Source of the DNA: a virus | Length of the DNA stretch: 64,000 nucleotides | Virus record (IMG/VR): IMGVR_UViG_3300047300_000501 | Location: 1 to 64,000 of that record | Reading direction: 5' to 3' (one strand) | In this document: piece by piece, positions 7,259-18,695 of the stretch | Layout: every line of letters starts with the position of its first letter | Position numbering within the stretch: position 1 is the stretch's first letter | The notes under the pieces: generated by a model | Seen by the model: only the letters and a program-made list of their open reading frames with translations | Databases searched by the model: none | Told to the model about the DNA's origin: nothing | Made by a program: the position numbers and the translations under genes

Positions 7259-7848
7259 TGGTAAATGTTTTATTGTCAAACGACGATCTCTCAGTTCTTG
7301 GTGGACCAGAAACAGTTAACGTCGAAATTGATTTTGGGCCAGAAGGCAATCGTGGAAGTCAAATTTTTGTAAATAATGGAAAGCCTATTATTGGTGGAGA
7401 TGGACTTACTGTTTTAGCCCCAGACTGCCAACTATTTGACCTTTACATAAACATACTGTCTTCTGATAGTGAGTATCAGTATGTCTATCAACTTCAAAAT
7501 GTTTTGGGTACTGCTACATGGGTAAAACTTTTTAAACTTGTATCAAATATTTATAGCAAGAATTATGCAACAGTAACATTTGTCAATGGTGAGGCAAACA
7601 TTAATGTTCCTGTTGCTGAGATACTCCCCTCTGATTTTGTAGGTACAGCATCTTCTGAAAACTTTAACATTCAGCATAACATTTTAAATCAATTACCAAT
7701 AGTATCTGCTATATCTGTAGGAGAGATTTCAAACTCTAATGGTGCCCTTGTTTTGCCTATAACCCTGACTGCTCATGAACTTGTAAGCGGATCTTTTGAG
7801 CCTATTGCTTCTGAAAAGTCAGTTCATCTCTTTATTACTATGGTATAA
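7258..7848 (+). CDS. Hypothetical virion protein
   Basis: ORF track; GPEGNRGS collagen-like remnant; translational coupling. Confidence 0.6.
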   Translation: MVNVLLSNDDLSVLGGPETVNVEIDFGPEGNRGSQIFVNNGKPIIGGDGLTVLAPDCQLFDLYINILSSDSEYQYVYQLQNVLGTATWVKLFKLVSNIYSKNYATVTFVNGEANINVPVAEILPSDFVGTASSENFNIQHNILNQLPIVSAISVGEISNSNGALVLPITLTAHELVSGSFEPIASEKSVHLFITMV

Positions 7849-7856
7849 TCTTATGT

Positions 7857-8576
7857 ATGGCTTCAGAAAATATAGGTAGCGTTTACCCAACAAAGATCCC
7901 TGGACTTGAAGATCCAGCAGATATTCAGGCAGCACTTCGTCTATACCATTATGGTACAACAAGCACTATCTCAACTGAAGCAGATATCATTCCAGAGTCT
8001 GTAGTAGGCCATATCAAGGCTTTAGATACAAGACTAGATGCAATAGAGTTAGACGGTATTGGATCTGAGATATCAGACACAATGCCAACAGGTGTAGACA
8101 ATGGATTTATTTGGGTAAACTCAACTGGTTCAGCACAAAGTCTAAGTGTACCAGTTTGGAAACTTAAAAGTAGCGGTAATTTATCTGGAGAGTCTCTTAC
8201 AGTTTCCTCCCTTGATGGAGAAAAGTTATTTGTTATATTGAAAGACTGGAGTCACGATAATTCTGGCTCAGTTGATTTTTCTTTAAGATTTAACAATGAT
8301 TCTGGACCAAACTATGTAAATACAGGTGGAATTGTTTCTGGAAGTCACCTAAGTTCACCAGAATTTCCTAGCAGCGGAACATACGACATGACAGTAACTG
8401 TTGACCTAGCAAATACAGCATCATCACTTAAGCCAGTGTCAACAATTGCAGATATTGCTGCTGGTTCTTATTTTGGTTATTATAAAAACACATCTCCTAT
8501 AACCTCTCTTCAAATTAGTCTTCCAACAGGAACAGCATTTGATTCTGGTTCTTATGAAGTTTGGAGTTACGAATAA
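7857..8576 (+). CDS. Putative minor tail/fibre protein
   Basis: ORF track; C-terminal PITSLQI...FDSGSYEVWSY motif. Confidence 0.55.
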   Translation: MASENIGSVYPTKIPGLEDPADIQAALRLYHYGTTSTISTEADIIPESVVGHIKALDTRLDAIELDGIGSEISDTMPTGVDNGFIWVNSTGSAQSLSVPVWKLKSSGNLSGESLTVSSLDGEKLFVILKDWSHDNSGSVDFSLRFNNDSGPNYVNTGGIVSGSHLSSPEFPSSGTYDMTVTVDLANTASSLKPVSTIADIAAGSYFGYYKNTSPITSLQISLPTGTAFDSGSYEVWSYE

Positions 8577-8701
8577 TGGCTAAAAATAAAACTACTGAAG
8601 AGCAACTGCGTGAAAGCGGTATTGCAAAACTTGTTGCAGTAACTGGAATCACAGAGGCAGAATTAAGAGCATTGGGGATAACATCAGATGGCAACAATTA
8701 A
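8576..8701 (+). CDS. 41-aa small protein (possible fibre chaperone)
   Basis: MAKNKTTEEQLRESGIAKLVAVTGITEAELRALGITSDGNN; TAATG coupling. Confidence 0.55.
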   Translation: MAKNKTTEEQLRESGIAKLVAVTGITEAELRALGITSDGNN

Positions 8702-9311
8702 TTCAGATGGTAAAGTAGCATATATCTATAAGGACGATGTTTGGTATGCAATTGGTGGGGCTGTTAATACAAATCAAGAGTATACTTGGACTGCAGATCA
8801 GACATTTTCAGCAGTAGTCAACTTTGACATGGTAGCAAACGCTAAAGCAGGCGTTAATAATTTTCAAAATCCTACAGCAAGAAACTCAGCAATTCCATCA
8901 CCAACTAATGGTATTGTTTGTTTTGTTAGACAAGAAGATGACGGCACAGTCATTAATCAGGTCCAGTATTACCATAATGGTGAGTGGAGATATGCTTATG
9001 ATGCTTTTTCATTTTTAACTAAAACTGCAGATTACACAATAGAGAAAAAAGATTCTGGAAAAACTATCATGGTTACATCTTCAGATGATGTTGTTATTAC
9101 GGTACCTGCAAACAGCACAACACCATTTATAGTAGGGCAAAAAATCGAAATTGTTAGAAATGGTATTGGCAATGTTTCTATTGCTGGAGCGCTTGGTGTA
9201 ACTATTAATAGCAAGAATTTAAATAAAAAAATTGCTGCTCAGTTTTCTGGAGCAGTCCTTACAAAGGTTGATACAAATACCTGGTTGCTAATAGGCGATT
9301 TGACGGCGTAG
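8688..9311 (+). CDS. Tail fibre adaptor protein with C-terminal W-x-x-x-GDL domain
   Basis: RNSAIPSPTNG...ITVPANSTTPFIVG...WLLIGDLTA. Confidence 0.65.
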   Translation: MATINSDGKVAYIYKDDVWYAIGGAVNTNQEYTWTADQTFSAVVNFDMVANAKAGVNNFQNPTARNSAIPSPTNGIVCFVRQEDDGTVINQVQYYHNGEWRYAYDAFSFLTKTADYTIEKKDSGKTIMVTSSDDVVITVPANSTTPFIVGQKIEIVRNGIGNVSIAGALGVTINSKNLNKKIAAQFSGAVLTKVDTNTWLLIGDLTA

Positions 9312-9317
9312 GTTCAC

Positions 9318-10802
<1,485 letters not shown>

Positions 10803-10814
10803 GGGGTAATACTT

Positions 10815-11024
10815 ATGTCAGAAAAGAAAAGGTCTGTAAAACCTTGGGACTTGCTTAACCCAAGCAAAGACCACGCAACTGATGAAGAAGCACAAAAAAG
10901 ATATGATATCTGTGATTGGTGTCCAGAATTTATTTCTTTAACTAAACAATGTAAAAAATGCGGATGTTTTATGAATTTAAAAGTTAAGTTGCAAGAAGCC
11001 TCATGTCCTTTAGGAAAATGGTAA
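10815..11024 (+). CDS. Small Cys-rich protein, paralog of 3295..3495
   Basis: RYDICDWCPEF...CKKCGCFMNLKVKLQEASCPLGKW. Confidence 0.8.
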   Translation: MSEKKRSVKPWDLLNPSKDHATDEEAQKRYDICDWCPEFISLTKQCKKCGCFMNLKVKLQEASCPLGKW

Positions 11025-11110
11025 TGATAAAGATATTTAAAAGTATAATGTTTAGGTACAAAGAAAAAAGAAAGTATAAAAATATTAAAAGATCTAATTG
11101 GATTTACTAA
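11024..11110 (+). CDS. 28-aa basic peptide, translationally coupled at both ends
   Basis: MIKIFKSIMFRYKEKRKYKNIKRSNWIY; TAATG overlaps at 11022-11026 and 11108-11112. Confidence 0.55.
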   Translation: MIKIFKSIMFRYKEKRKYKNIKRSNWIY

Positions 11111-12039
11111 TGCTATTTGATATTTTTAAAACTGGCATTATTCCACATAATAGACCAGAAACAAAAGACAAGACAAGCGTACTTGTTACGCATGCAGAAA
11201 TAGATAGGCCAGAGTACAGTTATGACTGGAATTCAGATGGCATTAGGTCTGTTGAATTTAGCACAAAGCCAAGTATTGTTGCTTTAGGATGCTCGATTAC
11301 TTTGGGTCAGGGTCTTCCAGTAGAACTCAGGTGGACAGAACTTTTAGCAAAAAAACTAAACAAAACAGTAGGAAATATATCTTATAGTGGTGGATCTGCA
11401 GCACAAGTTATTTCTAGTTTTTTTGGAATGATCGACAAATATAATTATAAGCCAGAATATGTTATTGCTAACCTTCCGCCATTTGAAAGATTTTATTTTA
11501 TTGACGGTAAAGGTGAAAAAATGAAAGACTATTGGTTAGGTAATAAGCCTAGAAAAACAAAAGATCAGGCTCCTTGGGATTATGGTGCAACAATCCCATA
11601 CGAGTGGGTTTATTATAATAATCTAAACCATATCAAGATGTTAGAAGTTTTTTGCAAAGCAAATGATATTAAGTTAATTTGGTCAACCTGGAGCAATGCG
11701 TTGTCTCAAGAACACGAGTCATTTTTGTTAGATAATTTTGAAGGATATGTTGTAGATACTGTTAAAAAGCAGTTTCCACCACACTTTGAGTTTTATGTTA
11801 ATCCAAAAGAAGTTGATGGGCTTTTACCATTTTATAAAATGAATAATTGGGATAATATAAAATGTCATATTAAAGAAAGCCTAGACACCCCTGACATTTT
11901 TGATTATGCTTATGATTATCATAAAATAGGCAGGGCACCAGATAGAGATGTGACCAGAACACCACATCCAGGTGTGCATAAACATATACATTGGGCAGAG
12001 TTTTACTTTGATATAATTAAATCTATGGAGACAGAATAA
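11110..12039 (+). CDS. SGNH/GDSL-like hydrolase or acyltransferase
   Basis: ALGCSITLGQG (block I), NISYSGGS, C-terminal HPG..KH..WA; likely start 11110. Confidence 0.65.
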   Translation: MLFDIFKTGIIPHNRPETKDKTSVLVTHAEIDRPEYSYDWNSDGIRSVEFSTKPSIVALGCSITLGQGLPVELRWTELLAKKLNKTVGNISYSGGSAAQVISSFFGMIDKYNYKPEYVIANLPPFERFYFIDGKGEKMKDYWLGNKPRKTKDQAPWDYGATIPYEWVYYNNLNHIKMLEVFCKANDIKLIWSTWSNALSQEHESFLLDNFEGYVVDTVKKQFPPHFEFYVNPKEVDGLLPFYKMNNWDNIKCHIKESLDTPDIFDYAYDYHKIGRAPDRDVTRTPHPGVHKHIHWAEFYFDIIKSMETE

Positions 12040-12632
12040 TGGATAGGATTGAGTTGGCACCTGGAATTATGTCTTATAAAAAAGTCATAAATCAAGAAAC
12101 CCCATTAGACAAACAGATAGAGTTTGCAATGAGTAAAATTGGTTTAAACTGGGAGCCAGCATATGTAAGGACAAATGGTGAAAATATGATAGATAAGAGT
12201 GCTAGGGATACAGGTAGTTTCTTTATCAACTCCTACGACCATCTTATTGACAATCACTCAACACCAATAGACTCCTTTTTTACATTATTATCTAATTTAT
12301 TTTTAAATAAGTTTAAACCAATACATGAGGATTATAAGAATTATTATCAAATATCTACAAAAACACAAGAGGCTTATAGTATTCTAAAATATGGAATTGG
12401 TCAAAATTTTATTAATCATATAGACGATCTAGATAACACGAGAAAAATTTCTATGGTTTATTATATAAATGATGAATACACTGGGGGAGAAATTGTTTTT
12501 CCTAGGTTTGGTTTAAACTATAAGCCACAAGCAGATGAAATGATTATGTTTCCTTCTACATACGTCTACAATCACTCAGTTCTTCCTGTGGTTGAAGGAA
12601 ACAGGTATGCTGTAGTTAGTTGGTTAAGATGA
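12039..12632 (+). CDS. 2OG-Fe(II) dioxygenase, prolyl 4-hydroxylase-like
   Basis: LKY...HIDD...YINDEYTGGEIVF...FPS..YNHSV.PV..GNRY. Confidence 0.85.
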   Translation: MDRIELAPGIMSYKKVINQETPLDKQIEFAMSKIGLNWEPAYVRTNGENMIDKSARDTGSFFINSYDHLIDNHSTPIDSFFTLLSNLFLNKFKPIHEDYKNYYQISTKTQEAYSILKYGIGQNFINHIDDLDNTRKISMVYYINDEYTGGEIVFPRFGLNYKPQADEMIMFPSTYVYNHSVLPVVEGNRYAVVSWLR

Positions 12633-14251
12633 TAGATACTTTATCTTGTCGCTCAATTCATCAAGAAAAGTTTTTAGATTATGAATTTGATACTGTATGT
12701 ATTAATAACTTTACTATAAAAAATGATGATGGACCAATAATAAATGTACCTGGAGAAACTTATTTGTTTCATACAGATGCTGCCTTTGGTCACTCATTAA
12801 TGGATATTTATGCACAGTTTAAAATTTTACAGTTAAAATATAAAAAGATAAAGCCATTTTTTTATGAAACACATGATAGAAGATTTAATCAAAATAAAAT
12901 AACAATAGATCAAATGAGTTCTCTTGGATATGAAAATCCAACGGTTTTCAATATTTCAGTTGGAAATTATTCTTTTGAAAAAGTTATAATGTTTTTTGAT
13001 ATGAATCTTACATTTCCACAAGAGTTTTACTCAAACAACGGTGCTACAAGATCACTGTTCTATTTTCCTTTTTGTGACTGTCCAGTGGGATCATTACCAT
13101 CTAATCTACCGTGTGGCCAAAGTGAGCACTTTAAGTATAACTACTTAGCAATAGATATTCTAAAGCAAAGTTTTAAAGAATTTTTTAGTGATAGTAAAAC
13201 AGAAAATATTTTTGTTTCAAGAGAAAGATATAATAAAAGACATAAGGAGCAAATTGAACTTTATTCCAATAAAGAGTCTTTATCAGACAAAGAGAAGGAA
13301 TGGTATTGGTTTGCTAAATGGAGATATTCTGAAAAAGATGAGTACATACAACAAATGTTTAAAGACAGCGGGTATACCATTATCTACCCAGAAGATCATA
13401 GCCTAATAGAACAAATAAAGATATTTAGTTCTGCAAAAAATATTGCAGGGCTTTCTGGCACTTGGTTGTTTAATTCTTTTTGGGGAAACAAAGAAACTAA
13501 TGTGTTTGAAATTTCAGCAGTTCCAAATCACAGATATCATTATAAACAGTTTGCAGACTATGCTGGGGTAAATCATTCTTATATTAATGTTGTTGGATTG
13601 TCAGAAGAAGAAACAAAAACCGTCATTCAGGAAAGTATTGATAAAATGCATAAAGATACCTCACCAATTATAGTTCCAGTAATTAATTTTGACCTTATTC
13701 AGCAAGCAATTGATGAAAAGAGAATTCATATATTTAAAAATGTTTTTCCAAAATTGCCATCATTGGATTCAATCATGTCTATGGTTTCTCAGTTTGTTGA
13801 TGAAGACCTAGAAAAATTTCCAGATAGATCATATCTGTTAAGTGATTTTGTTGAAGGTGAGTCTTCTGATATGAGGCTTAAGTGTAGATTTTGGTCAAGG
13901 CTTGCACTTCAACTTTACGATCCAGAAGATAAATATTTATCAATTATTCCAGAACTGCTTCCAGTAACTGAATGGGGCCTTTCTCAATATTCCGCAGAAG
14001 TCTATGATGGAAACTTTGCACTAGTCTCACTTATGAAGAACCGTGGGGTAGTTGGAAGTAAACATAGCGACTATGTAGATCAATTTCAGTGGGTAGTTAA
14101 GGGAGAGATGATCTGGCGCACAGGTGAAACTCTAGAAAACGAGTATCATGTTGTAGAGGGTGACTTTATCTTTATACCAAAAAACTTGGTTCATGAGGTT
14201 GAAACCATCAAGGCACCAAGAGTAGCAATTAATTTAATTTTAAGAAACTAA
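12629..14251 (+). CDS. GT61 (DUF563)-like glycosyltransferase fused to a JmjC/cupin oxygenase
   Basis: N-part FGHSLMD...IFVSRE...PEDHSLIEQIKIFSSAKNIAGLSGT; C-part KHSD..DQF...GDFIFIPKNLVHEV...RVAIN. Confidence 0.7.
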   Translation: MIDTLSCRSIHQEKFLDYEFDTVCINNFTIKNDDGPIINVPGETYLFHTDAAFGHSLMDIYAQFKILQLKYKKIKPFFYETHDRRFNQNKITIDQMSSLGYENPTVFNISVGNYSFEKVIMFFDMNLTFPQEFYSNNGATRSLFYFPFCDCPVGSLPSNLPCGQSEHFKYNYLAIDILKQSFKEFFSDSKTENIFVSRERYNKRHKEQIELYSNKESLSDKEKEWYWFAKWRYSEKDEYIQQMFKDSGYTIIYPEDHSLIEQIKIFSSAKNIAGLSGTWLFNSFWGNKETNVFEISAVPNHRYHYKQFADYAGVNHSYINVVGLSEEETKTVIQESIDKMHKDTSPIIVPVINFDLIQQAIDEKRIHIFKNVFPKLPSLDSIMSMVSQFVDEDLEKFPDRSYLLSDFVEGESSDMRLKCRFWSRLALQLYDPEDKYLSIIPELLPVTEWGLSQYSAEVYDGNFALVSLMKNRGVVGSKHSDYVDQFQWVVKGEMIWRTGETLENEYHVVEGDFIFIPKNLVHEVETIKAPRVAINLILRN

Positions 14252-14292
14252 AAGGCACCCACAATAATATTTCTACTACCATAGGTGCCTTT
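14251..14292. terminator. Inverted repeat between convergent genes
   Basis: AAAGGCACC...GGTGCCTTT. Confidence 0.45.
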
Positions 14293-14297
14293 AGTTT

Positions 14298-14861
14298 TTA
14301 CTTAGGAAATTTATTCATCAATCTTTTGGTTTTTGGTGTCAATCCATGCCAAGAGGACCAATCTTCTCCACCGTTGGACATATGAAAAGCAACCTGTGCA
14401 TTAATTACAGGGTTAAAAAGGTCCTGGTTATCACTTAGTTCAAACTTCTCAATACGATCTGGCCCAAGATCTCTAATCATATTGATCTGAAATAGTCCAT
14501 AAGACTTATCCCCAGTCTTACCATTACCATTAAAAGCATAAGGTCTTCCATTAGACTCTTTCTTTGCTACTGCCCAAGCCTCAACTAGGTTCTTTCCACG
14601 AAACCCTACCTGAAATAGCAAGTCTTTGAGTTCTAGATCTGTTAAAGAATCCTTACTAACGTATTTTGATAGTTTATATATATTAGCAGTCTTAGAAACC
14701 AAAAAAGCCCCAGAAGGGGCTGCCACGGGCTGGACCTGTTCACTCGTTTTAGTTTCAGGCTTAACAGTTGTAGCGTTAGCATTATTTGAAAAAACGGCAA
14801 AAATGCCAGTGACCGTAAGTATTCCGATGATTACTTGTTCCTTAAATTTCTCGTTCATCAT
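14298..14861 (-). CDS. Secreted or anchored lytic transglycosylase (lysozyme-like/SLT)
   Basis: Signal peptide ...NNANA; AVAKKESNG catalytic Glu, SYGLFQIN, NPVINA, DWSSW; SD AAGGAGG. Confidence 0.8.
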   Translation of the reverse strand: MMNEKFKEQVIIGILTVTGIFAVFSNNANATTVKPETKTSEQVQPVAAPSGAFLVSKTANIYKLSKYVSKDSLTDLELKDLLFQVGFRGKNLVEAWAVAKKESNGRPYAFNGNGKTGDKSYGLFQINMIRDLGPDRIEKFELSDNQDLFNPVINAQVAFHMSNGGEDWSSWHGLTPKTKRLMNKFPK

Positions 14862-14976
14862 AGTTTCCTCCTTAGAAAACAATAACACCTTGGTAGGTGT
14901 CTAGTATTAAGTATAACATAATTTTACCCACTTTTAACCCAAAAGTCAAATTTAGGCGTGGTATAATTAATTTATT

Positions 14977-15483
14977 ATGGCAACAACTAATGATGGCGTA
15001 TTTAATCTACCATTCCCAGAGTCAACTGATCCTGTTAATGTACATGGTGACATAAAAGCACTTGCAGATAGACTTAAGATTGTTTTGCCACCACTTGGCA
15101 TTTCTGCTTTTCAAATTTCTGTAATTAATAATAGCGGAGAAACTTTGCCAGCAGGAACTCCAGTTTATGCTGTTGGATATACAACAAAAACAACGGTAGA
15201 TAAAGCATTACCAACTACTCCTGCCCCAATCTTAGGATTATTAAAGCAAAGCCTTACAAATGGATCAGAAGGCATTTGTGTTGTTGCAGGAGTAATGGAA
15301 AATATTAATACCTCTGCTTTTGATAATGGAGATGTTCTATACGTTGGTTCTGAGGGCGGATTGTCAAATCTTGCAACACATGGTGCAGTTGGTATAGTTG
15401 CACATGCAGCAGTAGATGGAATTATTATTGTAGAGGCAAAGGGAAACGGCACTTGGGGAGCACTCAAGGCTGGATTGTCCTAA
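14977..15483 (+). CDS. Putative virion decoration/fibre protein
   Basis: LPFPESTDPVNVHGDIKALA; NNSGETLPAGTPVY...GDVLYV. Confidence 0.55.
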   Translation: MATTNDGVFNLPFPESTDPVNVHGDIKALADRLKIVLPPLGISAFQISVINNSGETLPAGTPVYAVGYTTKTTVDKALPTTPAPILGLLKQSLTNGSEGICVVAGVMENINTSAFDNGDVLYVGSEGGLSNLATHGAVGIVAHAAVDGIIIVEAKGNGTWGALKAGLS

Positions 15484-15502
15484 TGAATGGTATAATCTAA
15501 TT

Positions 15503-15907
15503 ATGGCAATAACTCGTGGAGCATCTGGTCGGTATGATATTGGCAATAAGCCACCAACAGTTCTTTGGACTGTGGTTCGTGGTGACACTTCTGGTTTTAA
15601 AGTCTATGCAACAGATGATGCAAAAGATCCACTAAACATTCCTGACTGGACAATCTCAATGAAGATAAAGCGTCCAAACAACTCTGCAGATTTAGGAACT
15701 ATTACAGATGATGCTACGTTAGTTTTGACATTAACACCAGTAGCAGATGAAGATGATTTAATTGGTGAGTTTACTGTATGGCTTACTGCAGAAGAATCTG
15801 TACAACTTGAAACAGGAGACATCTTTGACATCCAACTCTCAGATGCTACAAGAGTCTGGACAGTTTGCCAGGGTAGCATGAAGATTCTTGAAGATGTAAC
15901 AGACTAA
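15503..15907 (+). CDS. Virion-associated protein (RGDT paralog family)
   Basis: VLWTVVRGDT...FDIQL...GSMKILEDVT. Confidence 0.6.
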   Translation: MAITRGASGRYDIGNKPPTVLWTVVRGDTSGFKVYATDDAKDPLNIPDWTISMKIKRPNNSADLGTITDDATLVLTLTPVADEDDLIGEFTVWLTAEESVQLETGDIFDIQLSDATRVWTVCQGSMKILEDVTD

Positions 15908-16131
15908 TGGCAACAGCCACAATCATAGATACAAAAAATACTAAAGTCTCAAATATTAAAACTATTGACTATCCCATAGTCAAGGTAAAAGACTTTACTA
16001 GAAATGTTAAGATTTCAGAAGTCCTTCCTTTTCGTGTTAAGTTTACCTCTATTCAAATAGAAAAGATTGGTTTGGGCAATACTCCACCAATTCCATTACA
16101 GGTTATTGGCTATAGTAACTATATTCTTTAA
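15907..16131 (+). CDS. Hypothetical protein
   Basis: ORF track; TAATG coupling. Confidence 0.6.
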   Translation: MATATIIDTKNTKVSNIKTIDYPIVKVKDFTRNVKISEVLPFRVKFTSIQIEKIGLGNTPPIPLQVIGYSNYIL

Positions 16132-16165
16132 TTAAATTACTTAAAATATATGTTATAATTACAAC

Positions 16166-16612
16166 ATGTCTAAGATATCAATTCCAGGAGTAAAGAGTCT
16201 TTTCCAATCAGGAGATAGACCTTCTCAAGAAAATTACGAAGATCTAATCGATACCCTATCAGCACAAGCAACAGACCTTGGCTCTGCGGGTAACAATGAA
16301 AATACAATCAATGGTATTGAGAATGCAACCGTTATTGATAACTTTGATGCTACAGTTTGGCGCATGGTTAAGTATATTGTTTCAATATCAAAGACCACAG
16401 CAGGGGACAATAAGTTCTACGCAACTGAAATGACAATTCTTGTTGATGGTACAAATGTATCAGTCAGCGAGTATGGAACAATCGACAATGATGGGAATAT
16501 TGGCACCATTAATGTCTCTCGCACTGGAAATACCGTGGCTTTAACAGTCACTCCAGATCCTGCGATCAAGCCAGTCACTGTACGTTTCGCACGTATGGGA
16601 CTTAAGGCATAA
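16166..16612 (+). CDS. Putative tail protein
   Basis: FQSGDRPSQENYEDLIDTL; C-terminal KY.V...E...EYG domain shared with 16632. Confidence 0.6.
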   Translation: MSKISIPGVKSLFQSGDRPSQENYEDLIDTLSAQATDLGSAGNNENTINGIENATVIDNFDATVWRMVKYIVSISKTTAGDNKFYATEMTILVDGTNVSVSEYGTIDNDGNIGTINVSRTGNTVALTVTPDPAIKPVTVRFARMGLKA

Positions 16613-16631
16613 TTAAAAAGGAGATATAAAA

Positions 16632-18656
16632 ATGGCAACAGTAAATAAAGATTTTAAAATTAAGAGTGGTCTTATCGTTGAAGGTACAACAGCAACAGTT
16701 AATGGTTATGACATTCTTACAAAGAAGCCAGCAGACGATCAATATATTATTGATCTCATTGGCGGAGAAACACTCGTAAAGTCAGTTTCAACTGAATTTG
16801 ACGTAAGTGTTGCTGGAGAACTTTCAATTGATCGTACTGTAGTAGATGCTTACTACGATGCAGCAGGTTCTGCTACAACAGCAGAAAATAATGCAAAGTC
16901 ATACGCAGATGGACTTGCTTCAAACTATGACCCAGCAGGTTCAGCAACTAATGCATACAATGATGCAGTAACAGCAGCAAACTCTTACACAGACGGAGAA
17001 GTTGCAGATGAGGTTATTGCACGTGATGCAGCAATTCTTCTTGCTAAGCAAGATGCTATTGCAGATGCAGCATCAGATGCAACAACTAAGGCAAATGCAG
17101 CAGAGCAAAATGCAAAAAATTATACAGATGGTGAAATCTTAACAGAAATCACAAATCGTAACAATGCAATTGCAACTGCAAAGTCAGAAGCAATTTCAAC
17201 AGCAGAAGGTTACACTGATGGCGAAATCACAGCACTTGAAGGTCGTTCACAGACTTATGCAGACAATGCAGCAACAACTGCAGAAAATAATGCTAAGGCA
17301 TATGCAGATGGACTTTCATCTGGTCTTAACTGGAAGGCAGCAGTAAACGTACTTGCTACAGCAAACGTTGCTCTAACTGGTTCAACACCACTTTCAATTG
17401 ATAACCATACAGTATCTGACGGATACCGTGTACTCTTGAAGGGACAATCAACAGATGCTGAAAACGGTATCTACGAGATGTCTATCTCTGGTGGTTCTTA
17501 TACACTTTCTCGTCCAGCAGATGCAGATGCATCAGCAGAACTTATTGGTGCAGCAGTATTCGTAATGGAAGGCGACAACTATGCTTCAACAGCGTGGGTA
17601 CAGGCTGACCACTACCTTACAACTTTTGCGGGACAGGATTGGACACAGTTCTCAGGACAAGGAACATATCTTGCTGGAAATGGTCTAACACTTAACGGCA
17701 CAACTTTTGAAATTGACACAGCAGTAACAGAGACAGTTACTGGTTCTCAGGCAAAGGCAGATGCAGCAGAAACAGCAGCAAATGCTTACACAGATGGCCG
17801 TGAGACAGCAATCACAACTGCTTATCAGGGATATGCTGATCAAGCAGAAGCAGATGCAGTTTCAACTGCTAACGCACACACAGATGCTAGAGAAATTGCA
17901 ATTACAACTGCTTATGAGAACTATGCTGATGGCGTAGCCCTTACTGCAGAACAAAATGCTAATGTCTACACAGATGGAAAGATCACTGATGAAATTGCAG
18001 ATCGCAATCTTGCAATCACAAATGCAGTCAATGCACTATCTACATCAGATATTGAAGAAGGTGTAAACGAATACTTTACAGATTCTCGTGCTAAGACTTC
18101 AGCAGCAGATCTTTTGACTGGTGCAAACCTTACAAATATTACAATCACAGGTACAGGTGCAGGTCTTACTATTACCGCAGAAAACGGTGTAGCAGATTCT
18201 ACAACTGATGATCTTACAGAAGGTACAGGAAACCTATACTTCCAAGAGTACCGTGCACTTGATGCAATCTCTAATGCTGCTCAAATTGCTCCACAAGCAA
18301 TTGATATCACATGGGTTCGTCGTGAAGAAGCAGCCTACTCATCAGTAGCAACAGCATCAAAGACTACCTGTCACTCAGCAACAACATCTGAAGGAAGCAT
18401 GAAGTACCTTGTTCGTGTAACTGCAAATGTTGGAGGAACTCAGCACTCACATGTAACTGAAGTTCTTGCAACAGTTGATGGTTCACATGGTGTGGCAGTT
18501 GTTGAGTATGGAACAATCTATACTTCAGAAAATCCATTAGCAACAGTAACTGTTGAATGGAATGCTGTATCATCTACATACGATCTAAATGTTACAACAG
18601 CAAACAATAACTCAGAAGTTTTGGTTGCAGCAACATTAATCGCAGTACAAGACTAA
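16632..18656 (+). CDS. Long tail fibre protein with coiled-coil repeats
   Basis: Ala-rich A..NA..YTDG repeats; GYRVLLKGQ...ENGIY fibre motif; STSDIEEG/TTDDLTEG repeats. Confidence 0.75.
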   Translation: MATVNKDFKIKSGLIVEGTTATVNGYDILTKKPADDQYIIDLIGGETLVKSVSTEFDVSVAGELSIDRTVVDAYYDAAGSATTAENNAKSYADGLASNYDPAGSATNAYNDAVTAANSYTDGEVADEVIARDAAILLAKQDAIADAASDATTKANAAEQNAKNYTDGEILTEITNRNNAIATAKSEAISTAEGYTDGEITALEGRSQTYADNAATTAENNAKAYADGLSSGLNWKAAVNVLATANVALTGSTPLSIDNHTVSDGYRVLLKGQSTDAENGIYEMSISGGSYTLSRPADADASAELIGAAVFVMEGDNYASTAWVQADHYLTTFAGQDWTQFSGQGTYLAGNGLTLNGTTFEIDTAVTETVTGSQAKADAAETAANAYTDGRETAITTAYQGYADQAEADAVSTANAHTDAREIAITTAYENYADGVALTAEQNANVYTDGKITDEIADRNLAITNAVNALSTSDIEEGVNEYFTDSRAKTSAADLLTGANLTNITITGTGAGLTITAENGVADSTTDDLTEGTGNLYFQEYRALDAISNAAQIAPQAIDITWVRREEAAYSSVATASKTTCHSATTSEGSMKYLVRVTANVGGTQHSHVTEVLATVDGSHGVAVVEYGTIYTSENPLATVTVEWNAVSSTYDLNVTTANNNSEVLVAATLIAVQD

Positions 18657-18695
18657 GTTATAAAAAATAAAAATGGTTGGAAGAAGGAGTAGTAA

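Noticed and set aside
14862-14976. c-di-AMP riboswitch upstream of the transglycosylase
   Set aside because: The leader is only about 40 nt with one small hairpin, too short for the aptamer.
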